Virus record (IMG/VR): IMGVR_UViG_2904150443_000004 | Coordinates: 1 to 64,000 of that record | DNA: 64,000 nucleotides | Origin: a virus | Taxonomy: Duplodnaviria > Caudoviricetes | Reading direction: 5' to 3' (one strand) | Shown here: piece after piece, positions 1-11,700 of the stretch | Layout: each line of letters opens with the position of its first letter | Position numbering within the stretch: the first letter of the stretch is position 1 | Translations under genes and position numbers: made by a program | The notes under the pieces: model-generated | Database searches by the model: none | What the model saw: only the letters and a program-made list of their open reading frames with translations | Told to the model about the DNA's origin: nothing

Positions 1-57
1 TAATCAGAGGCTTAGTGCACACGGGACTATAAAATCATCATTTCATCATTCTCTTCT

Positions 58-213
58 TCAGGCAGTAGGATAATCATCCCCTGTTATTTCTTTAAATTGT
101 ACGACTGTAATAGAACCATACTCAACAAACTTGCCAACATACATAGAGCTATTTGGATCTTTTGAATAGCATTTTAGATCATAGTATCGCTTAATCATTT
201 TAAACCAGTCCAA
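58..213 (-). CDS. XkdX-family small phage tail protein (51 aa, TTG start)
   Basis: Read by hand: MDWFKMIKRYYDLKCY...GSITVVQFKEITGDDYPTA; typical W..IK.YY / IT..xF.EITG pattern; follows the tail fibre accessory gene. Confidence 0.8.
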   Translation of the reverse strand: MDWFKMIKRYYDLKCYSKDPNSSMYVGKFVEYGSITVVQFKEITGDDYPTA

Positions 214-855
214 TTAAAACACTCCTTTTTGAGATAATTTTAGTAAAAGTGTTGCATAATCTTGAGCAAGTTGCTGATTTGTAGAATCTAGTTGAGCATT
301 TTGCAAAATTACTGATGCTAAATCAAAAGTATGTTGTTGATTAATCAATTCTAATTCAGCATTTTTTAAAAGCATGGATGCAGTATCATTAACTTGAGCC
401 TGATTTCTTACTTCAAGATCAGCGACTTTTAAAAGTAGGGATGCATTATCTTGTTGTATTAATTCAAGTTCAGAAGGCTGCGGTTTCGGTTTCAAAGCTT
501 CAATTTCCTTATCAGTCAAACCGTTACGCCAGAAGCTTGAGCCATCCACAGACTGCGGCGATCTCGGTGTTGTTTCTTCGCTTTCCGGATCGTATGCTGC
601 TTCGTAAACTTTTACGGAATTGCGATAGCCCTCGACATCGAATGTCGGCTCGTACAGTCCGTCAGGCAGCGTAATAGCCACCGTATACCCGACTAGCACT
701 GTCTCCGACTCATCTGGCTCGACAACTGCCGCCCGTGGCGTTTCATCGTTAGTCTGAACCGGCTCCATTCTATCAAAAACGCCCGTCACGGAGTCCGCAA
801 CGAGCGTTGGTTCGATGTATCTACCGTTTAGATCGGTTTTGATTGCTTCTTTCAT
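214..855 (-). CDS. tail fibre accessory/assembly protein (YomD/XkdW-like position) with C-terminal coiled-coil repeats
   Basis: LPDGLYEP motif, W..GLT..EIEALK motif, repeated ASxLLK/QNA units; between fibre gene and xkdX-like gene; GGAGG RBS. Confidence 0.6.
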   Translation of the reverse strand: MKEAIKTDLNGRYIEPTLVADSVTGVFDRMEPVQTNDETPRAAVVEPDESETVLVGYTVAITLPDGLYEPTFDVEGYRNSVKVYEAAYDPESEETTPRSPQSVDGSSFWRNGLTDKEIEALKPKPQPSELELIQQDNASLLLKVADLEVRNQAQVNDTASMLLKNAELELINQQHTFDLASVILQNAQLDSTNQQLAQDYATLLLKLSQKGVF

Positions 856-867
856 CGTGCGTCCTCC

Positions 868-3800
868 TTATTGTTCTGCTAAGAATGATATCCCGCCAAG
901 TACAGTCTTTATCGCCGTAACATTGTTGTCAATAAACACCTCGCCGCTATCCCGAACAGTAACCGCTGCCGTTACCCAAGCGTTCCCACTGTATGCTGTC
1001 GTAGATATTTGCGTAACACGTTTAGGACGATAACCAGATGGAAGCATGAACGCAATTTTATTGACGACTCCATCTTTAATGTTCCCAGTAAAGTGTATGA
1101 TTCCGAAGCTGTCTTTGAAATAAGAAACAGTTATATCGTGCTTCCAATCGTTAAGTAACGTAGGGGTAATCCATTGAGGTGAGTCCTTCTCTGCTTTCTG
1201 TGTCTCAACCACACTCAACCGTCGCTCTGCATCGCTTGCCCACGATACCATATCCGTTACTGTACCGCGCAGGTTCGTTGCTTTGCTGCCGATGATAGGA
1301 GCCGTAAGCGTAGGGTCTAGCGTTGTATATGTGACGTGATAGACTGCGGTCGTGTCGTAGTTTTGGAGCGGAATATCTGTATAAGCCCCATTACCTCCTC
1401 CATTTTTTACAGACCAATTTTCGTCATAGCTTGCGCCTTTATAAACGCGCTGGATATTTTTTGCGACATGCTGCAATGGTACCGAGTTGGGATAGTTGGG
1501 AGAGCCCTTTGTGTTAATAGCTGCATATCCGATTGACGTATTAACCGTAGGATTCGCCTTCTCACGAATCACAACGCCGCTACCGACCTCGACCATGTTC
1601 CAGCCTTTCGAGAGCGTCAGGCCAGTTTCGTAATTCTTGATGGGCTCGACGGTTGGCTTCGCTTTGAGATATTGGAGACGGTAAGGCGTGAAACTCTCGT
1701 ATGACGTTGTCGGCAGTATAGTCGTTCTAGACGGAGCGTTCGCATTACCAACTTCTGATATTTTTATAAATGCTTTGACTTCTCCTGTCTTACCGTTATA
1801 AACTCCTTTTCCGTCCACTGAGCCGCCTGTGCCACCATCCCAGTTAAACATCTTCCAGCCCAAGAAATACGCCTTGATTTCGTCGACTGTCGGTGTGTAG
1901 CTGTCGCCCCAACCGCTGTCTGCGTTGGAGACGGACAAATAAAGATTATTATATGCAGAATCGCCCATCTGCCAATAACCACCACCTGTCCACCCACTTA
2001 CGCCATCTAAATCATTATTCAGTGGTATGCCTTTGTAATCAACTATAATACCCTGAGGTACTGTCTTAATCGCGGGCGAAAGTCCACTAGCTGTTACGAT
2101 TTTAAAGCCACTTTTTACAGTGCCATTTAAAGTCCAATTCAACGATCCGTCTAACGCAACCTTTTTACACTTTTCGAACACATAGGGCAATCCGTCGTCA
2201 CCAACGTGCAACACGTCCGCATTCGAACCATCTACCGGATTCGCTGCGAGTTGACATTCGGCTGCCCACATGGAACGTGATTGTGGCGCGAATGGCTGCG
2301 GTTTATCGCCGGGTACGAGCATCGGATTTCGGTATTTAGCTGTACCAATAACGGGAGATGTGCCCGTACTATCGAGAGTATTTAACACTACTTCAAACCA
2401 AGCAGTTGCATCCGTCGTTGTAACTGTTCCCTTTAGTTTCACGTTATCTATGCGTGTTTTGTCTGGCTTGCATAGATATACATACGCAAGGGAGTTAGTG
2501 CCTTGAGAATCGACTGTAAAGGTATAAACGGACGATTTAGACACCGGAACATAATATCTCACGAATGATCCGCCAACTTTTTGAGCATCAATTGTAACAG
2601 CATACTGATCGTCAATCATACAACTATCGCCCGGTGCGATTCCCTGTTCCCATTCCATAAACGGCGGCAGTAGGTTACCGCTCGTCGCGATAGCATACGG
2701 ATTCGTGACGTTTACGATTCCGATACCGTCTCGGATTTCCGTTTTCCCACTAATCGCTCCGAGTCGGAATGGAGCTGCTTCAGGTATATTAATAACCTGA
2801 ATACCAGATTTTAATGTAATTTCCTGATGTACATCATTTAGTGCTATGTTATTAAAATACTCTTTTGCGTCCGTTAATGCTTTATCAACTTCTGCTTTTC
2901 TAGCTATATGCTCATTATCTGTAGGAGGGGAGACTTTTGCACTTCCATTAGAATCGCGAATAATAATCCGATTAGGTATATTATCTTCTGTTGCTCCATG
3001 AGCCACATTTTCAGCAACATGATTCTCTACATCTTCAATTTTTCCGTTAATATCTCTTTTTACAATTTGGTTTGTTCCATTTCCACTATTAAGTGTCAAG
3101 GTAGGGGTAGTTGATTCAAAATCAACTTTAATATCATCGTTTACTGATTTGACTTCTGTAACAGAACCAGCACCCGTTCCGTCTAACCCTTTTTGAGCGC
3201 ATAGATCCCAAACACTTTTATCAGTAGGGGAGATACCAATATTATCTTTTAATGCAATATAGCTGGAACCATTAAAAAACACAGTATCGTTTTCTTGATA
3301 CTGTGTAGTAGATGAATAGTCTCGCTTCCAATTAATGCTGTCACCTTTTTTACCAACAAGTTTCCATTTAGTGTTATCAGATGGGTCGATTCCTTTTGAT
3401 TCCTCAACATTCATGTAACTAGAACCATCAAAGCTAACTATATTGTTCGGCTTATAAGTTGTAATAGGTGAGTATTCATCAAGATGTCTAGTTTCATCGG
3501 CAATATTCTGAGCGTTATTTGCAGCTTGATTTGCAGAATTTCTTGCATCATTTGCTTCAGATATTGCATGTGCAGTATCAGTTTGCCTCTTATCCTCCTG
3601 AGACTGTCTAATTATTTCATTGCTATTACGTTTTTCTTCTTCTAATTTACGCTCGTTTTCATTTGTCTCACGAGCTTGCTCAGATTTTTTTCTAGCTTCT
3701 TCATTTACTTTTCTTTCATTTTCCAGAGAATTTCTTATATTTTCATCTTTATCACGAATAAGTTCAGCTTGATTTCGTTTCTGTTCAGACTCTATTCTCT

Positions 3801-4350
3801 GTTTCTCATTCTCTTTTCTAACGTTTTCCTCAGTGAATCTTAGTGACTCTTCATTTCTGATTGCAGTATTAGTATCAGTAGAAACTTTAGTGGCATCGTT
3901 AGCATTCTTAGTAGCGGTTTGTGCATCGCCAATAACTTGATTCAATTTCTGAATATTATCAAGGGCTGTTTCACCAGTATCAATCAATTCTTTTAGAGTT
4001 CTAGTAACTTCACCATTGTTCTGATTCACCCATACTCGGTTAGAGCTGATATAGGCATTTCCACGACCTAAAAAACTTGCAGTTAAAGTTTTTCCTTCAG
4101 CGTTTTGGTGGAAGTAGACAATCCCATTGTTATAATCTACTCTGTATTGATTTTCTGCTAAATCGGCAGAGTAGTTTTGTGGAACTTCAGAATAGCCATA
4201 AATTCTAACCTTATCTCTAAATACAGGAATTTCGGTTAATTGCATTCTTTGATTTATTATTTTCTGTTGTTGATTTATTGGCATATACGGATCATCAGGT
4301 GTGCCTCGTCGATATTTTCCAATAGGGGAGAGCTCATAATCTAGGCTCAT
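868..4350 (-). CDS. tail fibre/receptor-binding protein (coiled-coil stalk, two CBM-like aromatic repeats, C-terminal fibre tip)
   Basis: E/R-rich coiled coil; repeats YSPITTYKPNNIVSFDGSSY and YSSTTQYQENDTVFFNGSSY; C-terminal WITPTLLN...YFKDSFGIIH...LPSGYRP; position after Tal. Confidence 0.8.
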   Translation of the reverse strand: MSLDYELSPIGKYRRGTPDDPYMPINQQQKIINQRMQLTEIPVFRDKVRIYGYSEVPQNYSADLAENQYRVDYNNGIVYFHQNAEGKTLTASFLGRGNAYISSNRVWVNQNNGEVTRTLKELIDTGETALDNIQKLNQVIGDAQTATKNANDATKVSTDTNTAIRNEESLRFTEENVRKENEKQRIESEQKRNQAELIRDKDENIRNSLENERKVNEEARKKSEQARETNENERKLEEEKRNSNEIIRQSQEDKRQTDTAHAISEANDARNSANQAANNAQNIADETRHLDEYSPITTYKPNNIVSFDGSSYMNVEESKGIDPSDNTKWKLVGKKGDSINWKRDYSSTTQYQENDTVFFNGSSYIALKDNIGISPTDKSVWDLCAQKGLDGTGAGSVTEVKSVNDDIKVDFESTTPTLTLNSGNGTNQIVKRDINGKIEDVENHVAENVAHGATEDNIPNRIIIRDSNGSAKVSPPTDNEHIARKAEVDKALTDAKEYFNNIALNDVHQEITLKSGIQVINIPEAAPFRLGAISGKTEIRDGIGIVNVTNPYAIATSGNLLPPFMEWEQGIAPGDSCMIDDQYAVTIDAQKVGGSFVRYYVPVSKSSVYTFTVDSQGTNSLAYVYLCKPDKTRIDNVKLKGTVTTTDATAWFEVVLNTLDSTGTSPVIGTAKYRNPMLVPGDKPQPFAPQSRSMWAAECQLAANPVDGSNADVLHVGDDGLPYVFEKCKKVALDGSLNWTLNGTVKSGFKIVTASGLSPAIKTVPQGIIVDYKGIPLNNDLDGVSGWTGGGYWQMGDSAYNNLYLSVSNADSGWGDSYTPTVDEIKAYFLGWKMFNWDGGTGGSVDGKGVYNGKTGEVKAFIKISEVGNANAPSRTTILPTTSYESFTPYRLQYLKAKPTVEPIKNYETGLTLSKGWNMVEVGSGVVIREKANPTVNTSIGYAAINTKGSPNYPNSVPLQHVAKNIQRVYKGASYDENWSVKNGGGNGAYTDIPLQNYDTTAVYHVTYTTLDPTLTAPIIGSKATNLRGTVTDMVSWASDAERRLSVVETQKAEKDSPQWITPTLLNDWKHDITVSYFKDSFGIIHFTGNIKDGVVNKIAFMLPSGYRPKRVTQISTTAYSGNAWVTAAVTVRDSGEVFIDNNVTAIKTVLGGISFLAEQ

Positions 4351-4531
4351 TCAAACATCCTCTCTCTATAGTTTTATGGGTAATGAAATATATGTTTCAT
4401 CAGTTGTGTAATGTGTTGTAATACAATGTGTTACGTATTATCACAATGTACTTCAATTAATTATGTTGAAACACATGTAAAAGATAAAAGTCCCCTGAAC
4501 AAATAATTCAGGAGACCACATAAGGTTATTA

Positions 4532-5086
4532 TTAACTTTTCTTAGCGATTTCCGACTCAATATCAGCAATCTCTTTTTGAAGCTTTTCGATTCTTTGATT
4601 GTTGTCTTTGACAATTTTCTCATTTTCCTCAACAAAAGAAGTTGAACCGTCTTTTTTAGCTTGCTCAACTCTTTTAATTAATTCGTCTCTCTCGTCTGTA
4701 ATAAATTTGAGCTGAGTACTCTTTTCAGTTTTGAGTCTTTCTAAATCTTTTTTACTTGTATTTGCATATGCTCCGGTATTATTATCGTTTGGTTGAGTTT
4801 CGTTAACTGTTTCATTCTCCTTAGTTGTCAGACTGATCACTCCATTATTAACTGAATCTACATTAGCACCAAGTGCGTCAGAAATACTTCTTACTGGAAG
4901 GTGGGCTTTACCATCAACTGCAATTGCCTTATCTGAAATGGACTTCCCATTAATCTTAACTGTATATTCTTTGTCTACCTTCTTACCAAGCAAGGTTTGA
5001 ATGTTATCAGCAAAGACACTCGCTGATACAGTTAATAAGGAACCTACTACAGCCCCTACTACGACATACTTAGCTTTATTTAACAT
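4532..5086 (-). CDS. secreted accessory protein (signal peptide, copper-amine-oxidase N-terminal/stalk-like domain, coiled coil); moron inside the tail module
   Basis: Start MLNKAK after GAGGAG RBS; signal peptide ending VFA; DGKAHLPVRSISDALGA motif; hairpin at ~4490-4517 downstream. Confidence 0.65.
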   Translation of the reverse strand: MLNKAKYVVVGAVVGSLLTVSASVFADNIQTLLGKKVDKEYTVKINGKSISDKAIAVDGKAHLPVRSISDALGANVDSVNNGVISLTTKENETVNETQPNDNNTGAYANTSKKDLERLKTEKSTQLKFITDERDELIKRVEQAKKDGSTSFVEENEKIVKDNNQRIEKLQKEIADIESEIAKKS

Positions 5087-5151
5087 GGAAACATCTCCTC
5101 TGGTATATTTGTATATGCCAATTATACCCTTTAGTGTTGTCGCCATCAATT

Positions 5152-7938
5152 TTAATCTGAGCCAGTAGTGAAATACCCCCCATTCGGAGGCCAGTTTTGG
5201 TTATCCTTATTGCCGTGATTGTGTGTTCCGATATATAACGAGTGACTATGCCCTCTGTAAGATCTAGCATTAACGGCATTCCACAATGAATCTAATTCGC
5301 TTCGTAAATTTCTTATATGTCCAATTGTAAGTTCTAAGCCTGTAACACTACCTCTAAAATCAACTGAACTGTAAAATGTTGCGGGGCCACGAAAAGTAGC
5401 TGCACCATTCATACCAATTGGAGTAGACGTATCATTAGAACCAATAGAAATATTACTTCCGTATAGAGTCAATTGGTTAGAACCTGAGTAGGAGTTTATT
5501 TCACCAACGTAACTTCCATACTGATTATAAAAGGTTAGAGAAGAAACACCGGAATCGGAACCAGTGTTAATTACTATTCGATTTCTACCGCTGCCATCAT
5601 ATGTCCTCAAACCATTAGCATCTACTTCAATACGTCTACCATTTGCAGATGTTCTTAAAGTGGGACCTGTGATAATACCGCCATTTATTTCTGAACCATT
5701 GATTGTTGCTGCTGAAATTGTAGAGCTAGTTATGCTACCAACTTCAAAGTTAGCACTCTTAAGTGTACCGCCAGTAATAGTACCTTGAGCATTTATGTTG
5801 CCGCTAAATGTTCCACCTTGGGCATTGATTATTCCAGTGAAAGTACCACTAGTAGCATTGATATTACCTGTGATACTCAAATTGCCATCGTTATCTGCAA
5901 AGAATCTGTCAACCCAGTTAGGAGAGGAGGCTGTACCTATATTAGCTTGAATTCTGAAACCTGTATTTGCAGACAATAAAACTCTACTTTTATTATCCGT
6001 TTTGGTCACAGATAAGTCTAAGTCTCTTATCTTAACTCCCTCACTATTTACAAGGAAGTCGCCTTTTGAGGTAGTGATCGTCAGATTTGATCCTGCTAGT
6101 AGAACGCCCATGACGCGTTCTGCGACAATCTTGTCAGCAGTAATAGCTGTGCGCCATGTATTCCCAGAATCGGAAGTCATGGCGAGAACCCCGTGTTGCA
6201 TGATTAATTGTTTATTTGGATTAGCTAAATCATGTACACGAATACCCCGACGATCTATAGTTACGCTATTCTCATTAGAGGCAATTATTTCACGCTTAGT
6301 GGCATCCCAAACTCCATTGATAATTTGCTGCACATCATTCACACTAGAGACTGACTCATCCCATTTATATTTGCTAGTATCCACCGATGTGGAAGTGGAT
6401 ATTGATTTATACAAATCACGAAGAAATCTCTGTTCATCGTTCAAAATATCTCGAACATTTGAAATAGTAATACTAATACTCTTACCTTCATAGTCAAAGT
6501 CAATTGCTACTAATTTTGCTTCGATATTTATTCCCAGCTTTTCGTGATAAACACGTACAATGTCACCAATTCTCAATCGATCTAATTTCAAAGCTTCGGG
6601 AAATATTTCATACAGGTTTACAACAGATAGGGACACCACTAACTTAGGTTCATTTATCTTATAAAAATGCTCAGTTGCAGCCTCAAGAAGATTCTGTGGA
6701 GTGGTTATATTCGTATTTACGAATTCTTTTTCGTAAATAAACTGATTCCATTCTTTTATTTGACTAGAGCTAAAGTTACTCTCTATTTTAAGTAAGTTCT
6801 TGAGTTGCGTAATAGAATTATTAGTGGTAGAAATTTGATTATTTATATTATTAATCTCATTCTGCTTCGTACTTTTTTCTTGTAGTTTATTATTTTTTTG
6901 ATTTATAGTATCCTGTACAGGTTCTCCAGCAGCATTTTTTACGCTTAACGTATCTTCAATGATAGCTAACTGATCATTAATTTTTTGTAATTCATTTTGT
7001 CGAAGTGTTAATGAATCTTGTTGTTGTTTTAACGTGTCCAACAGTGACTTAAATTGTGAGTCTTTACTTTTAACAAGTTCCCTGTAATCAAGCAAGGCGT
7101 GACACAAACCATTGCTCATATATCGACTTTCACTCAATACTTTCTTATTAACGTCACGCTGGAAAGGGTACATGAAATAAGAATAGTCTTCGATGTAATT
7201 AGAGCCAGTCGCATTTACACTTTGAATAGACACATCATCAGCCCCAAAGACTCTTAAACGAGTACAAAACTCATCTAAATTTGTCTCCTGACTTACAGTC
7301 TCCATCAGCTTTCCATAGCTAATGTTATGACCTTTATATTGACCGTAATTTTTCTCTTGATAGAAGTTTATTTTTCTATTTACAGTATCCCATTCAATTA
7401 GTGCATCAAAAGTAAGAGCCGCTTGTTGTACTCCATCTAGTACTGTTGTAGATGATAGATCCAATGTACGATATTTTGTATCAAACAGAGCGTCCACATA
7501 GCCGATATTCCATATAGTAGAGGAGAGTAACGACTGTAGGTGAGTAGAAAGGTTTTTCGATACCTCTTTATATGTTTTAACGATTTTAGATGAAGTTTCA
7601 TATCCTAAACTCAGGCAATCCACTTGCTTATAGTCAGAGTTACTTTCCATTACATCTTTTATTTTATCAATAATGAAATACTCAGTATCATGACCATAGG
7701 TAAGCTTGATTAGATACTTGCTAAATAATCTCTTCAATTGAGGATTGTCAATCAATTTTCCTTTTTTCCATACTTTATAAGGCAGCAAAAAAGACAGCTC
7801 ATTTAAGCTGCCTAAGTTAACTTTTCTACTTATTCGATATGAAGTGGAGAGATTGCCCACAACTTGCCTATCCAAGTCTGGTTTGCAAAGTTGAATATTC
7901 GGTCTAATATTAATTGGTTTTAAATCTGGTCTTATCAA
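5152..7938 (-). CDS. phage tail spike/Tal-type (prophage endopeptidase-tail family, YomG-like) protein
   Basis: TRLRVFG...NYIEDYSYF motif, coiled coil, G/T/I-rich beta-helix repeats; follows Dit. Confidence 0.8.
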   Translation of the reverse strand: MIRPDLKPINIRPNIQLCKPDLDRQVVGNLSTSYRISRKVNLGSLNELSFLLPYKVWKKGKLIDNPQLKRLFSKYLIKLTYGHDTEYFIIDKIKDVMESNSDYKQVDCLSLGYETSSKIVKTYKEVSKNLSTHLQSLLSSTIWNIGYVDALFDTKYRTLDLSSTTVLDGVQQAALTFDALIEWDTVNRKINFYQEKNYGQYKGHNISYGKLMETVSQETNLDEFCTRLRVFGADDVSIQSVNATGSNYIEDYSYFMYPFQRDVNKKVLSESRYMSNGLCHALLDYRELVKSKDSQFKSLLDTLKQQQDSLTLRQNELQKINDQLAIIEDTLSVKNAAGEPVQDTINQKNNKLQEKSTKQNEINNINNQISTTNNSITQLKNLLKIESNFSSSQIKEWNQFIYEKEFVNTNITTPQNLLEAATEHFYKINEPKLVVSLSVVNLYEIFPEALKLDRLRIGDIVRVYHEKLGINIEAKLVAIDFDYEGKSISITISNVRDILNDEQRFLRDLYKSISTSTSVDTSKYKWDESVSSVNDVQQIINGVWDATKREIIASNENSVTIDRRGIRVHDLANPNKQLIMQHGVLAMTSDSGNTWRTAITADKIVAERVMGVLLAGSNLTITTSKGDFLVNSEGVKIRDLDLSVTKTDNKSRVLLSANTGFRIQANIGTASSPNWVDRFFADNDGNLSITGNINATSGTFTGIINAQGGTFSGNINAQGTITGGTLKSANFEVGSITSSTISAATINGSEINGGIITGPTLRTSANGRRIEVDANGLRTYDGSGRNRIVINTGSDSGVSSLTFYNQYGSYVGEINSYSGSNQLTLYGSNISIGSNDTSTPIGMNGAATFRGPATFYSSVDFRGSVTGLELTIGHIRNLRSELDSLWNAVNARSYRGHSHSLYIGTHNHGNKDNQNWPPNGGYFTTGSD

Positions 7939-7953
7939 TAAATAGTCTCCTCT

Positions 7954-8733
7954 CTAAGATAGGTACTTAAACTGATAAGTCCATCTGAGCTTACAATTGC
8001 CGTATACCATTAAATAGTTTTTACCTCTAGGTAGCTCCAAGAAAATATCATTATGGTTTTTATATCTATAAATACCTGTCAAGTTTGTTTCAATGCTCTT
8101 GTCTTCCATATCAATCTCTAACATTTCACCGTTAACTAATCCGCTTAACTTGAACTCTTGTGAGCCATTTGATAAATTAATGATCCTGATATCACCATCA
8201 CCAGTTTTCTCAATATCGAGAGAGGGGAAGATTGGTTCGCTACCATCATTATCAATTACAAATTCAGTACCATTTGAGTTATTCTCGTATTCATAATAGT
8301 ATGGGGTACTGATAATAGGAGAGTAGCGATAACTATCAATATTTCTCATTTCCAACTCAATGTAACCTTGCCTAATACCATTATGAATCAATTGAGAATT
8401 ACCATTGAAAACGGTGTAGTATCTTTTGCTCGGATTATTCGAGAAGTACAACTCTTTATAAAAAGGCTGGATTAGCCAATTAGCTATTTCCTCTAATCGT
8501 TCTTCTGAAAAATCTACATTAAAAGTGATTTGCATTGGAATAACTAAAGGATCTCGCTCGGTATCAATAAAGTATGGACGATTCCTTCCACGAACTGAAA
8601 CTTCATTAATTTTGGTAGTAGGCGCAAAAGTCTCCTGTAACATACCGCTTTTCCCGACTGTAACGTGAATAACTCCCATTGAATAACTAGAAATGCCATC
8701 ATAAACAAAGTACAAATCATCATATATGGTCAA
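7954..8733 (-). CDS. distal tail protein (Dit, YomH-like)
   Basis: FVYDGISS..MG N-terminus, WLIQPFYKEL, IDNDG, FLELPRGKN motifs; TTG start at 8733 after GAGGTG. Confidence 0.8.
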   Translation of the reverse strand: MTIYDDLYFVYDGISSYSMGVIHVTVGKSGMLQETFAPTTKINEVSVRGRNRPYFIDTERDPLVIPMQITFNVDFSEERLEEIANWLIQPFYKELYFSNNPSKRYYTVFNGNSQLIHNGIRQGYIELEMRNIDSYRYSPIISTPYYYEYENNSNGTEFVIDNDGSEPIFPSLDIEKTGDGDIRIINLSNGSQEFKLSGLVNGEMLEIDMEDKSIETNLTGIYRYKNHNDIFLELPRGKNYLMVYGNCKLRWTYQFKYLS

Positions 8734-8751
8734 AATAATCACCTCGAAAAT

Positions 8752-8780
8752 AAAAAGGAGAGACCAGTAAAAGTCTCTCC
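8752..8780 (-). terminator. intrinsic terminator between TMP and Dit
   Basis: GGAGAGAC-N8-GTCTCTCC followed by a T-tract on the minus strand. Confidence 0.65.
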
Positions 8781-11700
8781 TAGCGACCAAGTTTCTTTAA
8801 TCCTTTTACAACTGTACTTAAAACATTATTAGTATCTTCTTTGCTTCCGGTCATATTGTCAACGTATAAATTCACTTGATAAATAGAACTTTCCGCAGCA
8901 GGAGTGCCTGCTGGAGTTGCAAGTTGTAAGCTTTTAAGTGGATTCAAATTAGAAATAATGTTTCTCGTAATGTCAACAAGCTTAAGCATATTAGATGTAT
9001 CGTCCTTATTCAGGATTAATTCCTTCTCGTGAGCTAACAAGAACTTACCATCTTTATTACCCCAAGCAGGAGTCATACCGCCTGTATCAAACTTTGCAAT
9101 CTGTCCGTATGTAAAGTTATCCTTAGCTATTCCATACTTTTCTCTCAACTTAGCATTCTGAATAGCAGCTTGAGATTTTACTTGTTCATCTCTGCTTTGC
9201 TCCCAGATTCTTTTATTGGTTTTATACATATTAAAATCAGAATCTGACATCCTGTCAAAAGGGGAGGGACGTGAAACGGTTTTTCCAGTAGAGTCATTCG
9301 TGCCAGAACTCGCAACGGAGCTGTAACCTAAAGCAGACAGGGAACGCTGTGCTTCGTTCATTTTGTCAATAATACTATTCTGAATACCATCTTCTACATC
9401 TTGCAAATGTGAGAGAACATCAGTTTTAAACAAATCAAATGAACTTGTAATAGAGTCAAGACTTCCGTTAATTATGTCTTCTCTTAGTTGGGTGAAGTAT
9501 TGATCATTCTCTAAAATAGACTTCCAATATGTTTCTTCATCTTTTTTCTTTTTATCTAGGCTATCTTTAAGGACTTTGTGAAGATTATCTTCTGTCTTTT
9601 TGTTAACATCAATCTGCTCTTTCTTCTGATCCTTTAAGTCATTCAACTCGCGCTCACGAAGTTCGTATGTACGGTCATTTTGCATAGTCTGGATTTCATC
9701 TATGACTTTAGCAAGATCTTCTTCAAGTTGCTGACGCTTATATCTGCCTGAATCTGAATCATCCAGAAGAAGCTTATTTATGTCTTGTTGTATCTTTGCT
9801 TGTTCTTTTTGTTTATTAGCAAGTTGCTTTTCGTAACTTTCTTCATTCTTCTGACGACTAATCTCCTTAAGCTTTGCATCAACAATCGCATTGAAAGCAT
9901 TTAGTTCGTCATCATAATCCTTCATTACCTTATCATGACGTTCGTCTTCTGATTTGATTTGTGCATCGATTGCTTCAAGTGCAGCTTTCTCAGCCTTCTT
10001 ATATGCTTCGATTACTTTATTTATTGTATCATCGGCTATCTTTGAAGCCATATTGCGCTGAGCTACGGACACATCCAGTAGGGCAGATTTGTATTCGTCC
10101 ATCTGGGTAATTAAAGCATCTGTTTGGGCTTTTGTGAGATCACCTTTTTTTAGGCGCTCAGTGATCCAATAAATCTCATCGTTATAAAAGGTAATCATCT
10201 TCTTGCGAAGCTGATTCTGAGTCACTAATTCTTGATTGTATTCGGCAGTACCTTCATTGTATAAGTTCTGTTGTTTTTCAGAATAAGACAGTAGACGATT
10301 ATACTCAGACACAACCTTATTCCTTTTAGTTAAATACTCATTTGTTTCAGCTAATCGACCATCATCAATCCTCTTACTTGTGTCAAATATTTTAGTCTTA
10401 AGATCAGCCTGTTGCTCGGGTGTGAGATCTTTACGAGTAGCCAATGCTTTATAAGTTTTAAGCCTCTCTTGATCCATCTTGACTTCAGTAGCATTAGAGA
10501 GACGCATTTTTTCTACGCGTTTATCAAGGGCATCCATTTCATCTTTAAATCTTTGTTCACGAAGCTTTTTGACTTCAAGATTAATGGAGCGTTCATTATC
10601 TACATTTTCTTTTAGATGCTGTTTGTGTCGCTGTGCAATCCTATCCCAACCTTTGATTTGATCATCAGTTGTCCAGTTTTGCATTTCAACTAAGTATTTA
10701 AAACGAGCAACATCCTTGTTATATGCATCCTCACGAGCCTTACGCGCTTTCTCAGCAGCGTCATCCTTATCTTTCTTACCTTTTTTCTCTTTCTTTTCTT
10801 TCGAAGGGGAGACACCGAAATTCGGATCAGAAACCATATCCATAAGCTTCATGATTTCAGCTTCGCCTTGTTCTGCACTGGAAATATAGTTCTTGGTGTC
10901 AATTATGGCACCAGTGAGTGCCGCTTGCTTATCATCTATGTAGTTATTTGCTGCCGCTTTGACACTGTCGGGTGCGCCAAATAAAGGATCAAACATTCCA
11001 GCTTTTTTACCTAGAGGATTTCTAGAGCTATCCAACTCAGATTCCAAGCTATTTAATGCATTTTTTGCATCTTGAAGGTTCTTGATTTGCTTAATTTCTA
11101 CACCGTAACCACGGATACGTTGAAGAGCGTTGTTGAGAGAAGTCGCAGTGCTGGCATTTTCATTTTTAATGTCCTCTTGTACTTTTTTAAGCTTTGCTTC
11201 ACGTAAAGCATTTACCGCATCTTCTTCAACTTTCCAACCATCTGCGGTTTTATATACATTATCTCGCAACTCTGGATACTTCGTAATGAGATCAAACATA
11301 GCATCAGAGGATAACGATTGCCCCTCTTTGAGCTGGTGCAGAACATTATTTAACTCCTTAATACCATCAACTGTCTTTTTAGTTTCATCGGCTAAATCAC
11401 CTGTATTAACTCCCAAGACTTCAGCAGAGTCAGCAGCATTTAACATATCTTCTTCAAGTTGAGCAGGAAATTTGATTCGCAATAAAGCCAATCTAACTCC
11501 GTCAAGTTGTTCTCCAGTTAGTTGAAGATCAGGAGGAAGGGTTCGGAATACATTGTCAAGATCTTGAATGGAGCTAATATTCTTATTATTGAAAGCATTA
11601 AAAAATTGATCAAGTTGCTGCGTGGTTAAATTTAAGTTACTAGAAGCATCAGCCGAAGCTAATCCCTCAAAGATTGATGACATAAGAGGGGAGATCTTTT

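Noticed and set aside
868-4350. Diversity-generating retroelement or invertible fibre shufflon
   Set aside because: No reverse transcriptase, template/variable repeat pair or inverted alternative C-termini seen.
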